Assembly (NCBI RefSeq): GCF_000143415.4
Contig: NW_003314261.1
Location: 5,544,360-5,608,359 of the forward strand
DNA: 64,000 nucleotides
Direction: 5' to 3'
Source of the DNA: Selaginella moellendorffii
Lineage: Eukaryota; Plantae; Lycopodiophyta
The translations under genes and the position numbers were made by a program. Under the pieces are notes generated by a model. It was not told where the DNA came from and made no database searches. It was given only the letters and a program-made list of their open reading frames with translations. Within the stretch, counting starts at the first letter, position 1, and the number at the start of each line of letters is the position of its first letter. Shown piece after piece: positions 23,703 to 34,200 of this stretch.

Positions 23703-25488
23703 GGATTTCAATTTTGACTTTCTTGGTTGGTTAAGAGAGTTATATTATATATTAAGATTAACATCTGGCAAGTCCAATTTACTTAGGCTAGGCTCAACCC
23801 GAGATTTAAGGTGTGAAAAAAACAAGGCTTTTAGGAGATTTGTGATTCTCAACTTCCATTCACAAGGGTGTGAACTTATAAATTTAAAATTTATGTATAC
23901 TCACCCATATTTTCATGATATTAAATCCCATTAGATTCGAAGCCTCTCTAGAGGTAAATCTTAGTATGAATTTCTTAATCTTAACATAGTGCAGCCAAGA
24001 AGGCCCTTGATGCACTCACTCAATTAGAGATTTTACTAATGCTATTGGCTCCTAGTTTTCTCTTTTGATAGTTTTTAAAAAAAATTAAAAACAGTAAATA
24101 ATCTACTTCAAGAGCACCCTATAGAATGTATCAAATGGATATCCAACATATAGCATGTAATATGCACTAACTCTTTTATTTTTATGTGTTTGTATATATG
24201 TGCATGTGTAGCATGTTAGATAGATTTACATCATATACTAGCTTCATGGATTGTTTAAACGTTTTCTATCTTATTAAAGCTTCTTCCAATACTTATTTCT
24301 ATTTAGTCCAGCATAGTTGAATTCCTTGTTAGTATTGATTTATAAAAATAAATATTTATATATAATAATAAGGGCTATGCTAAGCTTCATCACAGTAGCA
24401 TGGTTATAACTACTAGGCTTTTGTCATGGTTGCATAGCCACAGCCACTAGGCAGCTGTGACAAAAGGCATGGCAATGGCTAGGCAGCCATGGCCATGGCT
24501 TGTCTATTGTCATGGCTCTAAGATACTCCAACAGCTCCCTTTGAGAATAAAACCAAGATAGCAAGAACAAGAAGTGGAGGGTTGTTACAAAATAAGAGAG
24601 TCACAAAAACCATTGCCACAGCACTATGGCTACAGCCATGCAAAGACTTTTGACATTAATGCATCACTTGGAAAATAAAATAAAAGCACTCTAGAGCTTT
24701 TGGTGAAGATAAAGATCTTGAGAAAAGAGGCATCATAGTGAGGAAGGATCAGGGCCCGTGTTCACAACAGTATACATTGTTCATGAACATGGCCATGGGA
24801 ACATGACCCATGGCCATGTGCTCTGGAATTGGATCCTAGGATAAGAAGAAGCTGCCACCATGGTGATAATAGTGTGGTTCCAAGAGAGAGTGCCATGATG
24901 CTAGCAGTGCCAATACAAGCTTGCCAAAAATCCTATGGGCTGAAATTAACAGTTAAAATTTATGTTCTCAATAATTTTGAAATATATTAGTCTTGATTCT
25001 TTGAATTTTTCTTTCTTATTGTTGTTAAGAATCTTCAAAGGATAAGATCTATAATTAGTATTATCAAAAACCTCTCAAGATAAGTTTTAATTTTCATTAG
25101 TATCATATAAACTTTGTTAAGAGGTAAGATGGTTTAAATAAATGACATGTTGATATTAATTCAAAATACTTTTTAAAAATGTGTAGCAAGAGGCATTGCT
25201 AGTCTGGAGAAGTCATTTAACTCATTTGACCCTTAGTGTATTTTCATGAAACTAAATAACATTCATATTATTAAGGAATTTCTCTAGTACCTTTTTTTTA
25301 CGACATAGAGGCTTGCATTTCTTTCAAAGGTGATTTAGTAAAAGGCCTGAGGGCACATGCCATTCTATTTCTCAGACCGGTATTGAGATATACTAGTGCA
25401 AAGGGCCACATGCCATCACGCCTCCTCTGATTCAGATTCAGATTGTTCACCTTGAAATAAAATACATTAGAAACTTAGTAAAGGAATA

Positions 25489-28400
25489 TTAATGAATCTC
25501 ACCTTGAACCCGGGTTATGAATGCTCTTGCTACATCTCTTGCATGGTCTGGCAAGGTGATGGTGGCACTCTGCTTCCGCATCCAACCATGCACAACATTA
25601 TCCACCGATATGCTCATGCTGGGATCCCTTGGATTCAGCACCCATCTCTTTTCTATGCAATCCTTCGTATATCTGGAACTTGGCTTGAACCACTCCACAG
25701 TTACATTGAAGGAGTTAGTTTCCGTGTCCTCTGCATCAGTGATGCAGCGCCCCACCCATATCATTTGTTTTTTATTACTGGGTCTGACAAGCACGACCAT
25801 TCCTTTGCAGACCTGTACTGGATTGAATGTTGAATCCGGCTTCTTGTTCCTCGGCCCACAATAGTGATCCTCAACATTGTTATCTGTCACTGCATTTCCA
25901 GAGGACATTGTTCCGCTACTATCTGGTGCTCTGGGTTCTGGCCAAAAGGACTCTTCTAATTCTTCATATACAACCGGCCCATTTTGGATAGCAGATATAA
26001 TCTTCTCCCAGTATTCGAGCAAAGGCTTGCACCTCTTAAAATAGGATTCTCCACCAAACACCAACCCCCTCTTCCAGAAGGCAATATGCTGTCTAATCCC
26101 GGCCACTATACTTTCCTGGTCTTTGAGTCCATCCGGGTGCATCGGCCGTGGGGAACCCTGAGGAATTATAGGTTCCCCAGTTATGGGATCTCTCTTGAAG
26201 AGTTCAATGCCATCCACTGGCAGCCACACTGTGTCCCATTCTCTCATCTTGTACCTCATCACTAGAGCACCGTCACGCATGCTGAAATGAAACTGAAGAG
26301 GCTTGGAGTGGCCAATCAGCGTTTCGGATCCGTCCCTGATATAGCCTCTTACAAACCCCTTAAAGTCTGGAACCTCTGTCACAAGTGCAACTTCAATAGT
26401 GCCTTTGATGCAATTTTGGAATTCATCGTAGAGTTGTGGGAGGGTGAGGACATTGGATCGCCGGAGGGACTCTGCCAGGTGACTGAACATGGCATCGACG
26501 TCTTCATGAGTGTGCCCAACCATGAGAAAGCCAAGTGTAACCGTTTCAAATATGCCTTTGGCAACAAGCATCGCCAAGTACGCGAAGACGTACATGTTTT
26601 TGTTCTCACTGCCAGCATTGTCTGTTTGGAGCAGAAGATGGGGTGGAAGGCCACATTGGCCGCAAGAACTTCCTTGAGATTCTACTTCGTTTGGATGAGG
26701 CTGTGCATTCACCGGGCGACCAGCCTCGTCGGAATGGCATGAGGCCTCACATGATAACCCTACAATCTGACGGCCAACATATTCACTGGGATGGCATGGG
26801 GACCCACGCGATACTGCAAGCCTTTGCTCCTCCTCCAGCTGAACCCTGTATGGGGTTCGATCGACAAGGGCCTTATGCAAGGGTTGGCCGTTCAGCTCAG
26901 TCTGCGCACTTTGCAGAGACCTTAAGTGTTTTGCTAGGGACGCAATCATCATGTTTGCACCCCTGCCACCCCATAGAGGTACAAAGAAGTTCCCATAGTT
27001 CTGGGCACCATGCCCATGAGCGATTATGCCAAACAGAGACACAGGCAGCTGCATGGATGAAGAGATTGCCTTGGGGGCAGGATTGAGTCGAGGTAAGCAC
27101 GTCTTTTTCTGGTCCATTTTGTCGTGGATGATGCAGAGGTAAGAGTCAGGTCTCTCCATGGAGAGAATCCTGTTATGATAATATGCAGTCCTGCAGCTTC
27201 TCTACTCGATGTTGTGGTCGAGCCGCCTTCTAACCAACGTCTCTCGCTCTTGAGCGCTGCAAGAATTCTTCGACAAAGCCATTTTGATAGCAGTGCACTC
27301 GTCACACTTTGAAAAGCTGGAGTACTTTCCTATACTCACATCCCTGAACCTGTTGCTCCACAATCTACTAAATCTAGATTGGCTCAGCTTCCTGTAGCCA
27401 TTACTCTAGAGTTCCCGATTCACATCTTCCAATATGGCCCCCTTGGTATACATGGAAGGGAGAACTCGTTGGGTGTCTCGTGTTCCATCTTCCAAGAGGC
27501 GGGTTTTATGTGGTTGCTGCTCGCTACATGTCTCGACAAACCTCTTGAAGATTGCCTCTCCATATACAACATGACCCCTGGTTTTGTGCGTACTGTCGTT
27601 CCCATGGACTGCCTGTTGAACCCTTTGTTCCTCGAACTCAGTTTTGATTCTATAGAATGTGCTTCGAGGGACTCCATAAATGATTCTCCATGCCTTCATG
27701 CAGACCAAACCCCTCTGGAAGACCATGCCCCCCACCTGATGTTCTGAAGCATCAACAGATGACCGTAATGCCTCATACACAAAATTGCGAGTTGCCTTCC
27801 AGGACAATGTCTTGTATCTTGCTCTCTCCTCTTCAATAGCATCCCAATCAGCATGTTGACAGCACCTCCTCTTGCAACAAGCAACTGTCGAGACCATTCG
27901 AACCTCCATCGCCATTTTCTGCCTTTTCGGTTCGTTGCTCAGATCCCTTTGGCTACGCTGTAGGAAGGTGTACTTTCTTTTCCCATGAAGAGATGTTCTG
28001 TCATCAGTTGTAGTGGTGTTTGATTGTGAATCCTTCACATTCTCAAACACTAAATGCCTCAATTTCCACCGCACAATGCTTCTAATAGTCAGACTGTTTT
28101 CTTCTGTGTCAACAACCTCTAAAATCGCAACTCCAATATCATCCCAGCCCAATTCTTGATTAGCAACCGCATCTCTTGGATCGACAACTGTGGCTAAGCC
28201 CTCAGCTACCACCTCCCCCTCGGGGTTGTTTAGAAACACCTTTGCCTGAATCCATGTAGCACGGTTCTTAAGATCCACGGAGGGAACATGTGTCGCACTT
28301 GCGCTGTCCCCAACATCTGCTTTCTTCTGCAGATTTTTCAAGGCAACAACAACATTTACCCCGACGACCATCTCTCCTCGTTCAATAGCAACCACATTCC

Positions 28401-28554
28401 CATCGAAGACAGTTTCTACTGATACAGCAGCATTGCCTTCCCCAAGCCTTTGACAGTGTATAACAATGTTCTGATCCATAGACACAAGGGTCCCTTTTGC
28501 AACTCTCTTCCCACCATTCAAAATGTAAACCTTTTCCCCAACCCTGAAAGCCAT
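25489..28554 (-). pseudogene. Sola-like/DUF7869-type DDD transposase, one ~1021-codon frame broken by two TAG stops
   Basis: ORFs 28554-27406 and 27159-25489 are in the same frame; stops at 27408-27406 and 27204-27202; motifs CCxxxCC..VCMKAW..YGV, FSKCDEC..H, IIHDKMDQ, LQTDNAGSENKN and FLMVGHTHEDVDAMFS. Confidence 0.8.
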
Positions 28555-28833
28555 TCTGAAAGTGCAGAAAAGAAGTTAAGACCATACAAAAAATGATTGG
28601 AAAATGGCCTAAATCATAACATACCAAATAGCATGAGGCCACATGCCATTATTCAAACATGCTATTGACACCCACGTGAAATTTCGCATTCACAAAATTG
28701 GCATGAGCCCTCATGCCATTAATGGTACCACTAATGGCATGAGGCCTCACGCTATCTTTGGCCCCTGCTAGCCTGTTGCTATATTCCTTTTGCCTTGTTG
28801 CAACTGTATATATTTTTGTGTGCGTGACTAGTC

Positions 28834-28933
28834 NNNNNNNNNNNNNNNNNNNNNNNNNNNNNNNNNNNNNNNNNNNNNNNNNNNNNNNNNNNNNNNNNNN
28901 NNNNNNNNNNNNNNNNNNNNNNNNNNNNNNNNN
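28834..28933. other. Assembly gap (100 N)
   Basis: Run of N; other gaps at 45125-45224 and 52407-52506. Confidence 1.
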
Positions 28934-29036
28934 AGGCAAAAGGCATAAATGTGGTCCTAAACCATTCCATGGTGAACATACCAGGAAGCACAAGTGCCGA
29001 ATATCAAGAGGAAGCGGTAGCCACACCAAAGACAGT

Positions 29037-29103
29037 GCCGCTCGCAACACCGCAACTACTCGTAGCGCCGCTCGCAACACCGCAACTGCTCGTAGCGCCG
29101 CTC
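29037..29103. repeat. 30-bp tandem repeat, about 2.2 copies (GCCGCTCGCAACACCGCAACTRCTCGTAGC)
   Basis: Direct inspection. Confidence 0.9.
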
Positions 29104-29965
29104 ACACAAACTGCCACTCGCATAAACTGCCGCTCGCAATGGCGCTCGCAATGCCGCAACCGCTTGTAGACGCATAAACCACAGCTCACAACGCCGCTTA
29201 CACAAGCAGCGCTCACTGCGCTCAGCGGAACCAAGAACACGGCACACAAAAATGATAGACCTAGGAATGAGTTCGAGAATTCAAAAATAACACACGCTTG
29301 AACGTCACATCAAATCCTCTAACAAACCAGATCTTATGATTCCTCTGACAAATTTCAAACTGAGTAGCTTATAGACTTTGCTGTTGGAGGTTGAACTTTG
29401 TCACATCATGTCCTTGCCTCGATCCAGCTGTGCCATGTCAGTGATTCGAACTTTGCCATGCCATGTCAGCGATCCGCGCCAAGATTATTCGCCGTGTAAA
29501 GGAATAATTATGCTGTGTGTGTACGTCCATTTATGGCAATATAAGGCCACACGCCATTCAAAGAATAATGCTAGTCGAGCATTTTTTGGTGCATTTTTGG
29601 GTTCAAAATTGCATGAGCCCACACGCTATAAAGTTTACCTGTACCAAAAATAGAAACAGCTTTATTTACTTGGGAATTTAAGTGGTTGAGGCATTTTTAA
29701 ACTTACAAACACATGCCCTACTTATATTCATTTGGTTGCTTAAAATTCAAAAATATTATAAACCTTTCTTTTTGCATTTTCAATGTTTTCAATTATGGTT
29801 TTTGATTTTTGCAGGACCAGCCTAGTAATCTATTTGCATCCCGTCATGTTTATAGCTAGCTTTCGTTTGTCCCCTTCGCTAGCCTAAGATACATCTGCTC
29901 GGCATCTGCCTCTTACAGCATTTGCCCAGAAAGGGCATCTTTCTTCACGCAGCATTTGCCACATG

Positions 29966-29990
29966 TTTAGGGTTAGGGTTTAGGGTTTAG
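29966..29990 (+). repeat. Short interstitial telomere-like/telo-box tract TTTAGGG-TTAGGG-TTTAGGG-TTTAG
   Basis: Direct inspection. Confidence 0.85.
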
Positions 29991-31207
29991 CAATTCAGTA
30001 GCTTGATAAACATGCAAATACAGAACTTGATGCAAAATCCTTTGATATGTCACAATGCCCCTAGGACCATAAACACATTTCAATAGAGAGGGTCCTTTCA
30101 TTTCATAACTCCTTACGTAGATCTTGGTGAAACCAGAGGTAGTGAAGTTGGTTTCTTGTGATCCCGCATCTGATTGTGATGTCCCTTTGCAGTGTCGATG
30201 GAAAGGTCAATGCACACTAAACTGTAGAATCTTGGAGCAAAATAACGGTCGGATCTATGGCAAATGCCCCTGAAACATTGTAAGGCTCGTGTGGTCTTAT
30301 GTGGTGTCCGATCGAGATGCTTCTTTGCAGGGTCATCAAGAAGGACATTGTATACCATTCTGTAAAATCTAGTTGTGATCTAACGGTTGGATCTCCAGGA
30401 AACTCAAAACAATCTCGCGCGTGTCAGAATATTCTAGGAATATACTCCTATGTGCTCCTGAAAATGGCATGCGGCCCCACGCCATTCAAGAGATAACGCC
30501 AGATGACGCCGAGCATTTTTTGGTGCATTTTTTGGGATCAAAATTGCATGAGCCCACACGCTTGAACGTCACATTAAATCCTCTGACAATTTATTTAGCT
30601 GAACATCTGGCATTTTTGGAAATACAAGATGCTTTGGAATATCCAATCATGCATGGTATAAATATAGCGAGGGTATTAAATGATATCCCAATCATGATCT
30701 TTCTTTTGGATTTCGCGTGCATGCAGTCCGAGGAATGATGACGTTGCGGATTTCTTTTGGATTTCACGCATGCGCACGCCGATCCAGAAATTAATGGTGG
30801 CGCCCAAGTCCGAGGAATGATGACGTGGCGGGATTACCAACCGTCGTGACATTTCGCGCGTGTGAGGTTAGGTTTTGCATTTTGCTTCGTACTCGCGCTC
30901 GCATCGCGCTCCCACTCGCGCTCCCACTTCTCTACAGGTTTCTCGTGTGCATCGGCGTCCACTCGCGCTTGCATCACACTCGCGCTCGTGTGCATCGGCG
31001 TCCACTTCAAGACACACCCAGTTTGTAACTTCGCCGCCAACTCCGCCGCCCACTCCGCCACCCACACGCAGCCCACTTTGCGTCCCGGGAGATTTCAGCG
31101 CCACTCTCCAACTGTAAGTGGCAGAGTAGCCTTGCTGCTACGATCCGCTGCACACACAGTGCACATTCGCCAGCGAGTCCGGTTGTCATGCTTCCATTCG
31201 GCTTCAA

Positions 31208-34200
31208 ATGGTAAGTCTTTTAGGCCAAATAGAAAATGGCATGAGGCCACATGCCATTCAGTAGCAACATTGGCATGCACCAATTGGGCTCTCGAGTGCA
31301 GTCTGGTTACAGATGGCGTGTAGCCTCACGCCATCTTAGGATGCAGCCTCAAGACATCTGATGCAGTGGTGAATGGCGTGTGGCCTCACGTTATTTCCAG
31401 CTGCTAGCTTTTCTTCTGTCAGCTCTAATTATTGTGCATTTCTGAACAGGCGAGGAATTGCGTTCTTCTTCCAGCCACTGTCAATGTGGATGCAGAGAAG
31501 GGGGAGGAGCTCACCAGTTGGACTTTCGGGATGGAAGGTGAGGATCTGAGGCTGTACAACACAGATGGTGGGAGAAAAGAATGCATGGGGATCCTCATCC
31601 AAGTGACAGACACTCCATGCAGTTCCATGCAAGAATATGGATTGGCACTTGTGGTAGAGACAGCGTCCGCCTTCAAGATCCACCTTGCACATCCTAGCGG
31701 CTTCCTGGAGGGGGGCAGCGGCTATGAGGAATTCCTAGAGGGAGCTAGGGAGAGGTTGTCTAGGAGGCCCACAATTTCAAAGACGCTGCGGGTCTATGAA
31801 GATCACATGGAATCCACGGACTTCACCTACGGCGATGTTCAAAAACTATATTCCAACATTGAGCCGTTGAGAGTGCCTCTAGTTCGCGAAGCGAAGGGGA
31901 AGGGGGTCGATCTGGAAACTACCCCGAAGCAGAAAAGGGTGGTCAAGCTCAAGCCGACGTCTGACTCTCCTGCCCCAAAAAAGAAGCTACTCGGTGATGC
32001 CATTGCCTCGGGTTCGAACACTACACCCACCAAAAAGAAGAGCCGCAAAGAGCAGAAAGAGCAAGAAGAGGCAGCAAAAATCGTCGCAGATAATAATATT
32101 TGTTACTATTCCAACAAAGTATATACAATCGACGTGAGCCGTATCGACATCCAAAGCAAATACAACCACAGGCTAGTATCTGATGAGTGGGTGGAGAAAA
32201 TGAAGCAGAAGATGCTGGCAAGTCCAGTAACACCTGACATCGCAGACGTGATCCCCTACTACCGAACAATGAAGGGCGAGACGAGGTTTCCAGACTTAAT
32301 CAATAGGAAGGTGTTGGACGATCAGAACATCCGGTTCTATGCCGTCTCCGGGCAACATTCTAGCTTGGCGATGCAAGAGATAGTTGTGGATATTATGGTG
32401 GGCGAGGAGGTGAAGAAAGTCTTCAAGACAAGAGTTGTCCGCCTGATAAAAGGCAACTCGCCCCTCCGATCTATCATATACATCTCCCACGCGCAGAATG
32501 TCAAGCAAGAAACGTGCTACAAATCGGGTCTGCACGAGACATTGGCACGAACACGGAAGCTCTGGGTTCAACTGAAGAAGCCACAAAAACCAGGACAAGG
32601 ACGTGCACTAGCAACTAGTGCCTGGCAGGTAAGCCTCGTTGCATGTGGCATAGCATGTGGCCTCACGCCATTTCCATTGCAGGAATTCTCGAGTCTTCTC
32701 TCAAAAACACTGGGGGTCAATGACACACTCAGCATCCATAACATTCTACTCGCGACAAAAGTTGTTTTTGACAAATGGGTAGATGTGCTGAGGAGGTACC
32801 ATGACGGGGAGTTGCCAAACTCAATGGGTGTGGAGGACGGCCGGAAGCCCAATGATTTGAAGCTCAACGCCTTGCGTTTCTCGCGGTCTCTAGACGACGA
32901 CGACCTTCTGACAGTGGCTAATGCTCTTCTACGTGGTGAGGTAGTCTTCAACAAGACCAAAATGACTCCCAGCCATATTGTGACATACGAGGACTTGTGC
33001 ACGACTCTGAGAGCTTGTGCGCTATTGAAGGATTTGATCTTCGAGCAAGTGGCTGTGGAGAGGGTGAGCATCGACACCACGCAAGAGATGATGGAAGCGC
33101 TGGATTTGTCAAATGAAGACATCGACGAGTACGTGAAGGGGGCCCCCAAGTTCATCGATCTGCTGCGGGATGCCACGAAAAGTAAAGCTGAGAAGTTGGA
33201 TCAGTATCCAAATTTCATTAAGAGTGATGTCGACTGCCGGCTTCAGAAACAGCTCGACCCCGCAGTAGAGGCCTATCGAGAACTTTACCGGGTATACTTG
33301 AATTCGGATGAGGATCAAAGGTGGAGGAGCATCGTTTCCCGCGAAGATGAGCAGGTCAAGAACATCTTTTGTGTGATGGACTTCACAAACGAGGAGATCA
33401 CTCATGCAGACGAAGTCAGCTCCATCATTGACTTAATGGTGGGACTTGCGGAGGTGGAATCTTCAGTCCACTATATGATCTACGACTCTGAATCCTATCA
33501 CAAGTTCTGGAAGGCCTTGAACGAGGTGAAGGCTCGGTTGAAAGGCAAGGAGATGCGGGAGATCCATGGGATAATGGCTAAGAAGAAGATACCGACGAAT
33601 GTCCACATCTTCACACTCGCCCTTGTTATTGGTCCTGCAGCAGAGTGGGACTGGAGTGACTTCCCAGCTTCGTTCGACAAGGCCAATCGAATTGATCTGA
33701 GGGAGGTCAATTTACCCGTGCCTGAGGAACTGAAGACGGCTATGGAGCTTTCGAATCCAAAGAAAGCTCCAGGTGCAGCATGGGAAATGCTCAGCTGGGT
33801 CTTCAACGCAATAGCGGGTGGGTCACCTGCTTCCGACTCCAAGGGCAAATGCGTTGTCGAGTACAACTGCGGCGGACTATTCTTTCGAGCCGCACTACTC
33901 AAGGGTGTCTCGTGTGTTGCGGTGACAAACTCCATTGAAGAGGTGACTTCAATGGAGCATATAATTACAGTTGCCAAAGAAAAACAGTATCTTCTCTGCG
34001 AACCTGGTGAGTACACACTTTAAGTTTAAATGTTATCTCACAAGCTCTGTATGCAGGAGCGTGGCCACCCCCAGATGCTGAAACGGCGTTAACAGCTACT
34101 GTTGAAGATACCCATGTTGGGCCGAGCTCACAACCTGCACAAGGTAAGGTCACGTGAGGCCTCACGCCATTTTGATTATAGATCGTTGTGAATATTCAGA

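Noticed and set aside
24400-24910. CCATGG-rich stretch as part of the 22-bp palindrome family
   Set aside because: Lacks the 8-6-8 geometry; looks like an unrelated degenerate repeat
29966-29990. Chromosome end or healing site
   Set aside because: Only about 3.5 units; better explained as a telo-box cluster
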